Below are positions 19,802 through 30,307 of a stretch of 64,000 nt of DNA, one piece after another. Each line of letters begins with the position of its first letter. Position 1 is the first letter of the stretch. The notes beneath the pieces were generated by a model. The model did not search any database. It was given only the letters and a program-made list of their open reading frames with translations, and was not told the DNA's origin. A program made the position numbers and the translations under genes. The DNA comes from a virus, in IMG/VR virus record IMGVR_UViG_3300042391_001456, positions 38,754 through 102,753 of that record. The stretch is one strand, 5' to 3'.

Positions 19802-20167
19802 GGGGGCGTCATTAGATTCGCCTAGCAGTGTGTAGGTGGTTATGCAGGAATCGGGTTTTCATATGTCCGATCAATAAATTATATGATAACGTCGTAAATG
19901 GCAAAACAAATGAAGTAGGAACTCGTGAAGATTTAGTAGCGGCCCTAAACGCAATCAAAGCTGAAGAGCTTGAATTAGTTTAATTAAGAGAAACTAATCA
20001 AAAAAATTCTCCGACTGTATCACACAGTAAATGTGAAACCAGAATTGTTAGAGTGATGGGTTAATTCAACTAACTATTTTGTAAGTTTAGAAAAATTTAC
20101 TATTCCTGTGAATGAGTAATTACAAACAGCTGATTAGTACACCCGGGGCGGTTCCGGGTCGCTTCCA
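19802..20167 (+). ncRNA. ssrA: tmRNA
   Basis: 5' GGGGGCG pairs with 3' CGCTTCC-A, including the G3:U alanine determinant; 5' GATTCG; T-arm ACCCGG/CCGGGT; internal tag ORF 19900-19983 after GTAAAT; about 366 nt; own promoter and terminator. Confidence 0.9.
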
Positions 20168-20174
20168 CTAAACA

Positions 20175-20202
20175 AAGTCCACTTTTAAAGTGGACTTTTT
20201 TG
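20175..20202 (+). terminator. terminator after the tmRNA
   Basis: aaagtccac-ttttaaa-gtggactttttt. Confidence 0.8.
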
Positions 20203-20222
20203 TTTTAAAAAATATAATTTTT

Positions 20223-20714
20223 ATGAGTTCTATTGAAGGTTTTAAAGGAGAATGGTCATTCTTATCGAATTTTTATCCATGTGAGATTCAATATGATGGA
20301 TTAACTTATAAAAGTGTAGAACATTTTTATGTTGCTATGAAATTCAATAATGAACAAATGATTAATGGGAAACATTATACTATTGGAGATTTTCGAGAAA
20401 TGATTTCACTCACACCAAGTCCTGGTTTAGTTAAAAAAATTGGTCAAAAAATTATAATAAGATCTGATTGGGATATCAGAAAATTGAGATTTATGAATTG
20501 GGCAATTCGTGAGAAGTTTAAAGATATAAACTTATCAGAACTTCTTATTGGCACAGAAGATATGGAATTAGTTGAGTCTAATAATTGGAATGATACTTTT
20601 TGGGGAGTTTGTAACGGAAAAGGTAAAAATCATCTTGGTAAAATATTGATGAAGGTTAGAGATGAGCTAAGAGGTGTTGAGAAAAAAACTGGTTTAGAAG
20701 AATTTTTTAATTGA
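20223..20714 (+). CDS. NADAR (YbiA-like) family protein
   Basis: FLSNFY, SVEHFYVAMK, KF, LVE.N.WNDTFWG, GKNHLGKILMKVR. Confidence 0.9.
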   Translation: MSSIEGFKGEWSFLSNFYPCEIQYDGLTYKSVEHFYVAMKFNNEQMINGKHYTIGDFREMISLTPSPGLVKKIGQKIIIRSDWDIRKLRFMNWAIREKFKDINLSELLIGTEDMELVESNNWNDTFWGVCNGKGKNHLGKILMKVRDELRGVEKKTGLEEFFN

Positions 20715-20769
20715 AACTTATAGTTAAGTTATCTCTATAACTAAAGAAAAAATAAATATAGAAAGTAAT

Positions 20770-21723
20770 ATGTGCGCAATGATAAGTTATTTTGGTGGTA
20801 AGAGTTCAAATGTTTTCCACGAATTTATAAATAAAAAAATACCCAAAGATGGTAGTATAAAAACCTATTTAGAAGCATTTAGTGGTTCAATGGGTACTTA
20901 CTTAGATGATGATTCTTTAAAATTTGACACGGTTATCTATAATGATAAAAACCGTCATCAAGTTAATTTGTATTATTGTTGTTCGAAACCAGAAGAATTT
21001 TTACCTTATTTAGAAAATCTTAAAAATACTTTATTAAAGACTGAAGAAACAGAAGTTTTAAAAAAGTGGGATTTCTATAAAGGTATTTATAAGGAGTATC
21101 AAAAGAATGATTTTTTAGATAATACTGATTTCCAAATTGGAGACTTTGAAAAGGCCGCTATTTATGCTTTTCTTATCACATCCGCTCACAACTCTGTGTA
21201 CCCACGTGGAGCGGGCTTCAATGGTTACAAAAAAGATAAAGATAGACTTAAATTGGAAGTTCTTATTGATAAATTAAAAAAGAACAAATATACAGAGAAG
21301 TTACAATCAATCACTGAGTATAATAACATCGATTTTGAAGAACTTATTACTAAATATGATAGTGTGGATACTTATATCTATTTAGATCCACCATATGCAA
21401 GATTTAACGAAGGTAAAGGAGATGATGATGGTAAGAGATTGTTTTGGTACGGTTCTGATAAGGATGGTGTATTTGGTCCAGCTTCACATAGAAGACTTTT
21501 AGAGTTGATTAAAAAATCAGAAGCTAGATGGTCATTATCATATTACTATTTTCCACTTTTAGAAGAGTTATTACCGAGAGATAAATATTTTTGGTTTGAG
21601 AAAGAAGTATTTAGAAGCTCTGCACAAGGTGGTAATAATGCCGATCTTAAAAAAGAACAAGAAAAAGGAGTTGAGTTATTGATATTAAACTACAATCCGG
21701 AGACTGGTGAAAAAATAAAGTAG
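20770..21723 (+). CDS. DNA adenine methyltransferase (Dam/D12 class)
   Basis: YFGGKS, YLEAFSGS, YNDKN, YLDPPY, LSY, ELLILNY. Confidence 0.88.
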   Translation: MCAMISYFGGKSSNVFHEFINKKIPKDGSIKTYLEAFSGSMGTYLDDDSLKFDTVIYNDKNRHQVNLYYCCSKPEEFLPYLENLKNTLLKTEETEVLKKWDFYKGIYKEYQKNDFLDNTDFQIGDFEKAAIYAFLITSAHNSVYPRGAGFNGYKKDKDRLKLEVLIDKLKKNKYTEKLQSITEYNNIDFEELITKYDSVDTYIYLDPPYARFNEGKGDDDGKRLFWYGSDKDGVFGPASHRRLLELIKKSEARWSLSYYYFPLLEELLPRDKYFWFEKEVFRSSAQGGNNADLKKEQEKGVELLILNYNPETGEKIK

Positions 21724-21726
21724 TTT

Positions 21727-22416
21727 ATGTATAGTGATTTAATAAAAGGAGTTAATGAATTATTAAGTATTGATACAAGAGACTTTTTAATTTTAGATGA
21801 TACTATAACATCTAATAAGAATACTGTAAGTATTTCTGTTCATCTCACAGCAAACGATTCAAATATAGAACAATTTGTTAGTCATGTTAAATATGAAGTT
21901 TTTAGAACTTTATATAAGTACATCTTTAAACAGATGAAATTTAATAATAAATTTATTGATTTGAGAAATCTTAAATTTACTGAGAAATTAAATAGGACTA
22001 GTTTATTTTTATCTCAATTTAAATATAAAAACATATTGAGTAATAGTAGAATATCGACTGAACTACAAGATTCATTATCTTTTCATTTTTCTAAAATGAA
22101 ACCAAATACATCCAGTGATATTTATGAAATAGGTAAGTATTTAGATTTTGAAGCTTATGTTGATCCATATCTTAGATATAGTGATGAAGAGATTTATTTA
22201 TTTAATGATATACGATTTAATATAAATAACTTTCAATATGATGTTATCAGTGAAGCAACTTTTACACCAAGATTGATGATTACTTATGATTTTTATTTTG
22301 AAATATTTGATAATGAAATAGTTTATATCATAGATGATGAGTTTCAAAAATCATTACCAATTCTATTATCTCAAATTAGAGACGAAAAAATAGATAAACT
22401 TATAAATGGCAATTAA
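21727..22416 (+). CDS. degenerate major-capsid-protein paralogue fragment with C-terminal RDEKIDKLI tag
   Basis: YVDPYLRYSD and ISEATFTPRLMI match the MCP segments YVDPYMKYND and ISEATFAPRMLL. Confidence 0.7.
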   Translation: MYSDLIKGVNELLSIDTRDFLILDDTITSNKNTVSISVHLTANDSNIEQFVSHVKYEVFRTLYKYIFKQMKFNNKFIDLRNLKFTEKLNRTSLFLSQFKYKNILSNSRISTELQDSLSFHFSKMKPNTSSDIYEIGKYLDFEAYVDPYLRYSDEEIYLFNDIRFNINNFQYDVISEATFTPRLMITYDFYFEIFDNEIVYIIDDEFQKSLPILLSQIRDEKIDKLINGN

Positions 22417-22666
22417 TCCACCAAATCCATTTCTTGTTAATTCATCGACTAATCAGTCAATTCCACTTCTTATCAATTCATCGACTGGTGAATCGGCACT
22501 TATAGTTGACTCGGATGGTAATGTTATAGTTAAGAAATTAGTTTTATTGGATGATAAAACTGGAAAGAAATGGGAGGTAAAAATTTCTGATGGTGAAATT
22601 TACATGGAGCCTCTTGAAAAATCTGATAAAAGAGATTTTAAAATAAAAAAGATTTTAAATGACTAA
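22406..22666 (+). CDS. hypothetical protein with C-terminal RDFKIKKIL tag
   Basis: 86 aa; overlaps both neighbours. Confidence 0.6.
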   Translation: MAINPPNPFLVNSSTNQSIPLLINSSTGESALIVDSDGNVIVKKLVLLDDKTGKKWEVKISDGEIYMEPLEKSDKRDFKIKKILND

Positions 22667-22982
22667 ACACTTAGATAGAATATACAAAATGGGATTTATT
22701 GTAACATTAGATTGGAATATGTGTTTTACGATAACTTTACCACACTATCATTCTCCAAATTTTGGTCATGAGTGTAATGTTTTAGTCTGTCAATTTGATG
22801 ATACGATCATAAATATAAAATTTTCAGAGGTTGTTGAATATTGCTGTGATATTTTTTATGAATGGTATAATGAATATGTTCATATAATAGATGATACAAC
22901 TCCAGAAGAGTTTAGTAAAATAACTTTAGGTAACATAACAACTCGTGTTAATAGAGACTTAAAATTAGATAAACTACTATAA
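22659..22982 (+). CDS. hypothetical protein with C-terminal RDLKLDKLL tag
   Basis: 107 aa. Confidence 0.6.
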   Translation: MTKHLDRIYKMGFIVTLDWNMCFTITLPHYHSPNFGHECNVLVCQFDDTIINIKFSEVVEYCCDIFYEWYNEYVHIIDDTTPEEFSKITLGNITTRVNRDLKLDKLL

Positions 22983-23015
22983 ACAAAAAGAGAGTCAAAT
23001 GACTCTCTTTTTGTT
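22982..23015. terminator. bidirectional terminator
   Basis: aacaaaaagagagtca-aa-tgactctctttttgtt. Confidence 0.85.
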
Positions 23016-23287
23016 TATCTTAATTTGTTAGTCCAATTACCAATTTTCCTTTGGGTAGTTAAATCTTTCATAGCTCCAAAATTAGCTGTTGGTTTATTCC
23101 AATCTATTAGTTTTCCATTCATGTGTGTTAACATAGGATCAGTACCTCTATATAAATCCATTACTTTTCTATTAGCATCATCTATATCATCTGCTTCAAT
23201 TTCTACCACTTCATCATTTTTATTTAGAAGAGTGTAAGTATAAGTATTTGACTCATTAAAATTAGTCCAATTTTTAATTTTATTCAT
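23015..23287 (-). CDS. small putative internal head protein
   Basis: Probable start MNKIKNWTNFNES (CTS-like). Confidence 0.55.
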   Translation of the reverse strand: MNKIKNWTNFNESNTYTYTLLNKNDEVVEIEADDIDDANRKVMDLYRGTDPMLTHMNGKLIDWNKPTANFGAMKDLTTQRKIGNWTNKLR

Positions 23288-23292
23288 AATAA

Positions 23293-23691
23293 TTATTTTC
23301 TTTTTAACCAATCTTCAAACATCATAGAATAATCACCGTCACTATCTAAACACTCACTTCTATATTGTCTATAAACTTTTAAACAAATTTCCTTTTCCTC
23401 TGGTGTAATTTCACCAGACTCATCATATCTATCAGAAAAAATACCTTCATTAGTTTCTTCTTCCATAGCATCTAACGTATCTTCAATTTCATCAACCGAA
23501 TAATCAGTCAATTTATGAGTAACTGGATTATATTCAGTTCTCTTATTACCTAAATGTTGTTGGTCTTCTGAATTAGGCTTTCTTTGAAGATCTGCCTTTG
23601 CTAATTTTTCCTTATCTGTTGCAAAGTCTTTAAAGTTAGAAACTTTTCTATCACCTACATTAAATGTTGGTTGGTTATCTCTATAATTCAT
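23293..23691 (-). CDS. hypothetical protein
   Basis: 132 aa; KVSNFKDF near the N-terminus. Confidence 0.6.
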   Translation of the reverse strand: MNYRDNQPTFNVGDRKVSNFKDFATDKEKLAKADLQRKPNSEDQQHLGNKRTEYNPVTHKLTDYSVDEIEDTLDAMEEETNEGIFSDRYDESGEITPEEKEICLKVYRQYRSECLDSDGDYSMMFEDWLKRK

Positions 23692-23694
23692 ATT

Positions 23695-24399
23695 TTAATC
23701 TTTATTTTTTAATTTACTATCCAATAGTTTTGCTATATTTGATCCAATAAAATAGTGTATATTATTTATTGTATCAGTTTCAACTGTTTTAATATCATCC
23801 ATAAACTTAAATTGAAATTTATATTTATCAACATCATCTTTATCTTCGGCTTCTATTTTCCAAATAGATAGATCTATAAAGTAATTATTGTTTATGTTTA
23901 TTTTAAAATCAAATGTTGTTTCATGACAAGGAGTTGTTTTAAATTTTGGACTATATTCCACATCAAATATTGAGTAGTCTGTGATTTTTGCTCTTTTCAT
24001 ATAATAGTTAAGAAATAAAGCTGGGGCCTCTATAAAATCTGAAAGTATTTGTATATCTTCTCCAAAGTCATTTGAGTCAATTATATCTTTAATTTTTTCC
24101 TCCAAGTCTATGATATTTTTGAAATCAATTTTATGATAAACGCAATTTATATCATATAGATATAAAAATGTGTTATCAATTAAGTGTCTTTTACTATTAT
24201 CTACTTTGAAAATAAATTTAGTATGTATTATTGTCGCATCCTCTGTATTTAAACCATGTAAGGAAATAATAAGTTTAATAAAATCATCATTTTTTGGCGA
24301 TTCATAAACAATATCCACTGTTGACACCAAACCTTTCTCCTCATCAAATACATCTTTGTATAAGTTTTCTATTTCTGATATATTAATATTCATTTTCAT
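23695..24399 (-). CDS. hypothetical protein
   Basis: About 234 aa; start uncertain. Confidence 0.6.
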   Translation of the reverse strand: MKMNINISEIENLYKDVFDEEKGLVSTVDIVYESPKNDDFIKLIISLHGLNTEDATIIHTKFIFKVDNSKRHLIDNTFLYLYDINCVYHKIDFKNIIDLEEKIKDIIDSNDFGEDIQILSDFIEAPALFLNYYMKRAKITDYSIFDVEYSPKFKTTPCHETTFDFKININNNYFIDLSIWKIEAEDKDDVDKYKFQFKFMDDIKTVETDTINNIHYFIGSNIAKLLDSKLKNKD

Positions 24400-25282
24400 T
24401 TTTATTTTTTTTAAAATCTGATTCCCATATAGATATAATACTATATCCACTCTTTATAAATAAATCTTCTCTTTCCAAAACTTTATTGTATAAATCTCCG
24501 AATTTCTTTTTGGAAACAGTATTATAACTTTCACTGTCATATATATCTAAATTACCATGCCAATAATCACCATAGAACTCATATATTGTCATTGTATTTG
24601 GATCATACCCATCTACAATATATTTTTTACCATCAATTGTTATTTTATATTGCCTATCCATTTCCATATCAATACTATCTAACCACTCAGTCTCCATTTT
24701 AGAAATTATTTTAGAACATTTTGGACAACCCTTTTTGTGTATTAAATGATTATTTGGTGTTTGATTAAAATTTCCATGTTTTCTACATTTTATAATTACT
24801 TTAGTTGAATGATTTATGTAGCTAACAAGACTATAATCATACAAACCACCATGCACAACAATGGATCTATTTATGAAACTACTTTCTGATATTCTGTGAC
24901 TTTCACGAGCACACTTAGGACATCCTTGTCCACTAAGGTGTTTAAAAGCCATTTGAGTAAATTCGCCATGTTTTTTGCATATAATATTAATTTTCTTTTT
25001 CATTGATTTGAAACCGATATTATCATATGAATATAAATTACCATGTACTTTTCTTAATTCATTTAATATTTGTAATTGAGTTGGATTTCTATTTTCATCA
25101 TAACATTTTTTACAACCCTGTCCTATCATATGAGCCTGAGCTCTTTGTTCAAACAACCCATGTTTTTTACATATAATTTTAATCTTATCCTTAGAATATT
25201 TATAATCAACTATGGAATAATCATACAAATCACCATGCATTGATTTACATTTATTAATAAATTCATCACTTGCGTATTTCAT
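24383..25282 (-). mobile_element. free-standing homing-endonuclease-like gene (three zinc-ribbon repeats plus Vsr-like PD-(D/E)XK domain)
   Basis: Three repeats of HGxxYxY...IxCxKHGxFxQ...GCxKC followed by VDGYD...IYEFYGDYWHG...IWESDF. Confidence 0.75.
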
Positions 25283-25285
25283 AAT

Positions 25286-26035
25286 TTATTCAAATTGTTT
25301 ATCATAGGATTTGTTTTTCATTTCAACAACTTTATCAACATACCCATTTCTTCTAAGAAGTTTAAAAACTAAATTACCAATTGAAAATTCACCACTTTCA
25401 CTTTCTAATCCACTTTTTCTAGACTCTTTAATTTTCTTCCAAGCTTTATCAATTTTCTCTTTAAATTTAGCATAATCTTCTTCCATATCCAACTCATCAA
25501 TTGATGACATGATTGTTTCCGCTTTCATTCTGATGAGTTTTTCATCTGGTTCAAATTCTATCTTTTGTGGTTTTTTTATCCACTCATCATGTAGAAGTGA
25601 ATAAACACCACCCATTCTACCAGCACTAATACTTTTTTGTAAGTCTTCACTATCTTGTATAGCAACTTCTACATCATATCCCTTTATTTTGATATCATGT
25701 TGTGAGTTCCATAGTTTTTTTGCATAATCACACAATTTCTCGGATATTTCAGAATTATCATCTATATCACTAAAATTAACAATGATATGCAAATCATAAT
25801 CTGAATATTTTTCAGACCAGTTATAATTACAAAGAGATCCACAAAGAACTATATCAATTATATCAGTTTTAATATCTGTTCCCTCAAAGAAATCTGTTCC
25901 TATTTTTAGGAGTTTTTCTCTAATATCATCATTTAAATCAAACTCATCCCAAACCTTGTCGTTAAGTTTATCTTTTAAATAGAAAGATTTAATTGGTTCA
26001 AAATCATCTTGTACAAATTCAAAATATTTTTTCAT
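25286..26035 (-). CDS. polymerase-beta-superfamily nucleotidyltransferase
   Basis: GSLCNYNWSEKYSDYDLHI (GS...DxD) and YDVEV; N-terminus MKKYFEFVQD. Confidence 0.75.
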   Translation of the reverse strand: MKKYFEFVQDDFEPIKSFYLKDKLNDKVWDEFDLNDDIREKLLKIGTDFFEGTDIKTDIIDIVLCGSLCNYNWSEKYSDYDLHIIVNFSDIDDNSEISEKLCDYAKKLWNSQHDIKIKGYDVEVAIQDSEDLQKSISAGRMGGVYSLLHDEWIKKPQKIEFEPDEKLIRMKAETIMSSIDELDMEEDYAKFKEKIDKAWKKIKESRKSGLESESGEFSIGNLVFKLLRRNGYVDKVVEMKNKSYDKQFE

Positions 26036-26068
26036 AAAGTATATATTAATAAATAAAAATCTATTTTT

Positions 26069-29000
26069 TCAAGAATATAAAGTACATGCAAATCTAATTC
26101 CTGTAGCTGTTCCAGTTGGAGTTGCTGGCATTGTTGTTATGTTATTTGTATTTGTTATACCAAAAAGTAAATCAGAAATTCCTAAATCATAAACAGTTCT
26201 CCAACTTGTTCCACTTGGATAATATCCAACAACCAAATCTTCACCAACTGATAGGTTTAAATTTTGACCAACTTCTGGAGTTAATAAAATTTCATTAGAA
26301 CCGACTCCACAAACTGCACTACCCTGTCCAATTAGTGTCATTGTTCCACCCAATTTTCCTCTATATAATCCAAATAAAACGGTATCTGATCCAGAAAACC
26401 CCCACAATTTAACTTTAGATACGATTCCACTAACTTCAGAGATAGTTTGATAGTAATATTGAGTAGTGGCTGCTGTTGGAGCTAAATCACACTGACTAAC
26501 ACTCATTGGTGAAAATGAAATATTTAACTTAGACCAATATGCATTACCTAAACTATCAGTTTTTAATACATAGTCACTAACCGCACCTGTTGGTAATTTT
26601 AAACCCAAAACAGATGCGGTTCCAATAACATTTAATATGTTGTTATTAAATGTTAAATTTGATTCAACTGTCGCATTTGGATAAGATCCATTTAGAGTTA
26701 TGATTCCATTATCTGTTGATCCTGTTAGTGTTAGTAACCCAGAAGTTCCACTTGACCCAGAAGTTCCACTTGACCCATTGATCCCATCAATTCCCTTCAC
26801 ACCACTAGTTCCATCGATTCCATTAACACCAGATGTACCATTGATTCCACTAACACCATCAACCCCATTTACACCAGAAGTTCCATTTGACCCAGTTGCT
26901 CCTAGTTGAGTGTACATAACTTGTTGAGCAGTTAATATAATGGACGGAACCGCAGGTCTATTCGGGGTTGATTGTGTTCCAGTAGGTAATATTGATATTG
27001 CGGTATCAGGTGAACTCCAGTATAATTGTATATAATCATTTGATTCTACTGTGTTTATAAAATTCCAAGATGCTATTGTAGTTGATTGACCAGCTATATT
27101 AAATGATGTATTTGATTGTGTTATATATTGTCCATTTTTTGAGAACCATATATCGACCAATCCAGACGCGGAATTAGACTTATTAAAAACCGTAGAGAAT
27201 TGAATATTATAAGTCCCTGACCTACTAAACACCATTTTAGAACCATTTGATAGAGAGACACCATTAGCCTCATATGTAGAGTTTATGTACATCGGCATCG
27301 CAGTACTAGCTGTTAGATTAAATTGATTTGTAGTATCATAAAAAGACCCGTAATAACCCAAAGCACCACCAGCTCCATTTACACCACTCGAACCCGATGT
27401 ACCATTCTGACCACTTGTACCGGATGTACCTGTATTTCCGGAAGTTCCAGAAGTTCCACTACCACCACCTGGATTCGTTGTTTGATAATAAGTATTACCA
27501 TTATTATCAACAACCATATATCTTGTTAAACTTGATGTAGATCCAATTCCTGCAATTGTTAAAGTATTCGTATTTGTTCTACCTTGACCAGTTACGCTAA
27601 ATGTAACCCCACCGCCATTACCACTTTGTACTTCTATTACGTTATCAGAATCAGAACCACTACCTCTCTTAAATGTAACAGCACCTAATGTCGAATTAGT
27701 AACTATTTCAGGAGTTGAAGAGTTATCATAAGCTTGTTGTAATGTCGTTGTTGAAAGTCCACCAGAACCACCTAATATTTCTCCAAATTTTGAAACAAAA
27801 TTAAAACGAGCTTGTGTTGGATCTGATAAGTTTGTAGCATTTTTATTAATTGATAAAATACCAATAAGGATACCATTATCTCTATTATTTACATATTCAA
27901 CAAATAACTCTTCTTGTGTTGCGACAATTGCTTCTGATAATGTTCCATAAACTTTTTGACCATATTGAACTCTTATTAAACCTGTTGGAAATAAATATAT
28001 TCTTTGATTGGTAGATGCGTTTGATCCACCACCAATAATGGTTCTAACACCACCATTATCATAATAAGCAGGATCTATAAAATTTGTATTTGAAAAGGTA
28101 CCACCTGTTTGTGTTCTATAAGCAAATGTTACTGGTGATTGCCCTGATAAAGTAATACTATTTGGATTTAACTCATTAGTAACCCAATTTATACCATTAC
28201 CCCAAAGAGTACCCGCTGATGTATTAAACTCTAAAGTTGTACTATGAGCAGATGGTATAATACCTTGATTTATAAGTTTAATTGGAGTCCATAAATCTCT
28301 CAATGATGAAATAGGAGATACATCATGATCGACTGTATTATTAACATTTAATATGGTTTGTCTATCAGGATGTACTACTTTACCTAAATAAATATTTTGT
28401 CTTCTTTCTTGTGGAGTTGGAAATGTTGTTTGTAAAATCAATGATGAACTTGATGTTAATAAAACATAAGTACTATCAGCGGTATTTAAATAAGGCGTTG
28501 TTATACTTGTAGTGCCACCATAAATAACATTTTGAACATCTGGTTTGGTAGCTGAATCACCAGTATTATTAACAATCCAACCAGAAGCACTTGCTACCGT
28601 AAATGTAGTTGTACTAGTTCTAGTCATTCCCAAATAATGATATACACCACTTGAAATAACATTACCTTCTAATATATTTCTCTCAATATCAGTAAGAGTT
28701 AAATTTAAATCTTCATTATTAATCTCAACTTGAATAGTACCAATTGTTGAACTATTGCTCGTAACGTACCCTATTTGATTTGTTCTTGATGAGAATTTTA
28801 ATGAATCAGTAGAATTTACAAATCCACCAGGAACTATATCAGATAAATAGATAATATCACCAACTGAATATGATGATAGATTAAGTCCTGATAAAATACC
28901 AGCAGCAAGTGCAATACCTTCCGAATTATTGGGTATATCAATATAAGCCAAACCAATAACTTGTTGATTTGTTGTGTGTAAACTTGCTAACGGTAAAGAA

Positions 29001-30238
29001 ACACTAGGAATACCATTATATGATGATTGTATTTTAAGTGCGGTTCCTTTAGGTATAATTGATCCAGTATTATTATACACTCTAACATATCTTTTAGTAC
29101 TTGGATGATTTAATAACCAATTTGAACCATTACTTTCAACAGTAAGTGTATCATAAAATGCTAAGTTATATGATGGTAAATTATCAATTAATTGAGAAGA
29201 AGTAGTTTTTATTGTGATAATACCAGTTCCACTATTTTTAATGATAAATGTTCTACCTGATATTCCAACTGCTGTTGGTAAAGTAACATCAAATGTACCA
29301 TTAACCTCAATATAATAATCGATATTTGTTATTGAATATGTTGATGTTTTGTAAACGTAGTTAGTAGAAACACTTGTTCCTGATGAACCACTAGTTCCGG
29401 AAGTTCCATCTAAACCATTGATGCCGGAAGTTCCATTTGTCCCATCCAATCCATTGATGCCGGAAGTTCCACTTGTTCCATCTAACCCATTGATGCCGGA
29501 AGTTCCATTTGTTCCATCCAATCCATTGATGCCGGAAGTTCCACTTGTTCCATCTAACCCGTTAATACCGGAAGTTCCACTTGTACCATCCAACCCATTG
29601 ATGCCGGAAGTTCCACTTGCCCCATCCAATCCATTGATGCCGGAAGTTCCACTTGACCCATCTAAACCATTAATGCCGGAAGTTCCATTTGTTCCATCTA
29701 ACCCATTGATGCCGGAAGTTCCACTTGACCCATCTAAACCATTAATGCCGGAAGTTCCATTTGTTCCATCTAAACCATTAATGCCGGAAGTTCCATTTGT
29801 TCCATCTAACCCATTGATGCCGGAAGTTCCACTTGTTCCATCTAACCCGTTAATGCCGGAAGTTCCACTTGTCCCATCCAACCCGTTGATGCCGGAAGTT
29901 CCTGATATTCCAATTAGCATTTGTTGCCAATGAGCAGTATCTATATCTGGTGAAGACCATGGTGATGATGGATTATCCGAAATACATAAATAAGCATTTC
30001 CGTTATAAGTAACAAAATCGTAATAGAAATACATCATAACAGAATCCCATTCTCCTTGAAAAATCATTGAAATTCCTGTTGATCCAGTTGGACCTTGTGG
30101 ACCAACGGAATATGATCCCGGTCCTAAATCAAGAGGATTTCCAAATCCATCATAGTATAAATTGGGAGAACCGTGTATTACTTGAACTATTCTACCATAC
30201 GTCGATGATACAGTTACTCCGGTAAAATCATAACTCAT
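26069..30238 (-). CDS. long tail fibre / appendage protein with collagen-like G-X-Y repeats
   Basis: 1389 aa, rich in Gly/Ser/Thr; three G-X-Y tracts; beta-rich domains. Confidence 0.75.
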   Translation of the reverse strand: MSYDFTGVTVSSTYGRIVQVIHGSPNLYYDGFGNPLDLGPGSYSVGPQGPTGSTGISMIFQGEWDSVMMYFYYDFVTYNGNAYLCISDNPSSPWSSPDIDTAHWQQMLIGISGTSGINGLDGTSGTSGINGLDGTSGTSGINGLDGTNGTSGINGLDGTNGTSGINGLDGSSGTSGINGLDGTNGTSGINGLDGSSGTSGINGLDGASGTSGINGLDGTSGTSGINGLDGTSGTSGINGLDGTNGTSGINGLDGTSGTSGINGLDGTNGTSGINGLDGTSGTSGSSGTSVSTNYVYKTSTYSITNIDYYIEVNGTFDVTLPTAVGISGRTFIIKNSGTGIITIKTTSSQLIDNLPSYNLAFYDTLTVESNGSNWLLNHPSTKRYVRVYNNTGSIIPKGTALKIQSSYNGIPSVSLPLASLHTTNQQVIGLAYIDIPNNSEGIALAAGILSGLNLSSYSVGDIIYLSDIVPGGFVNSTDSLKFSSRTNQIGYVTSNSSTIGTIQVEINNEDLNLTLTDIERNILEGNVISSGVYHYLGMTRTSTTTFTVASASGWIVNNTGDSATKPDVQNVIYGGTTSITTPYLNTADSTYVLLTSSSSLILQTTFPTPQERRQNIYLGKVVHPDRQTILNVNNTVDHDVSPISSLRDLWTPIKLINQGIIPSAHSTTLEFNTSAGTLWGNGINWVTNELNPNSITLSGQSPVTFAYRTQTGGTFSNTNFIDPAYYDNGGVRTIIGGGSNASTNQRIYLFPTGLIRVQYGQKVYGTLSEAIVATQEELFVEYVNNRDNGILIGILSINKNATNLSDPTQARFNFVSKFGEILGGSGGLSTTTLQQAYDNSSTPEIVTNSTLGAVTFKRGSGSDSDNVIEVQSGNGGGVTFSVTGQGRTNTNTLTIAGIGSTSSLTRYMVVDNNGNTYYQTTNPGGGSGTSGTSGNTGTSGTSGQNGTSGSSGVNGAGGALGYYGSFYDTTNQFNLTASTAMPMYINSTYEANGVSLSNGSKMVFSRSGTYNIQFSTVFNKSNSASGLVDIWFSKNGQYITQSNTSFNIAGQSTTIASWNFINTVESNDYIQLYWSSPDTAISILPTGTQSTPNRPAVPSIILTAQQVMYTQLGATGSNGTSGVNGVDGVSGINGTSGVNGIDGTSGVKGIDGINGSSGTSGSSGTSGLLTLTGSTDNGIITLNGSYPNATVESNLTFNNNILNVIGTASVLGLKLPTGAVSDYVLKTDSLGNAYWSKLNISFSPMSVSQCDLAPTAATTQYYYQTISEVSGIVSKVKLWGFSGSDTVLFGLYRGKLGGTMTLIGQGSAVCGVGSNEILLTPEVGQNLNLSVGEDLVVGYYPSGTSWRTVYDLGISDLLFGITNTNNITTMPATPTGTATGIRFACTLYS
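29408..29911 (-). repeat. 14 tandem 36-bp coding repeats (GTSGTSGINGLD)
   Basis: Visible directly; atgccggaagttcc recurs every 36 nt on the + strand. Confidence 0.95.
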
Positions 30239-30307
30239 AGTATTATATATTAAGTAACATGTCTCTAAACAAGGATTATTTAATATATAGTTAAAAAATT
30301 TATTACA

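Noticed and set aside
20130-20170. Separate tRNA gene
   Set aside because: The T-arm and acceptor strand pair with 19802-19808, so they are the tmRNA 3' end; no other tRNA was seen
29408-29933. 36-bp repeats as CRISPR, and the + strand ORF 29418..29933 as a gene
   Set aside because: Tandem repeats with codon-position variation; the + ORF is the antisense shadow of the G-X-Y fibre repeats
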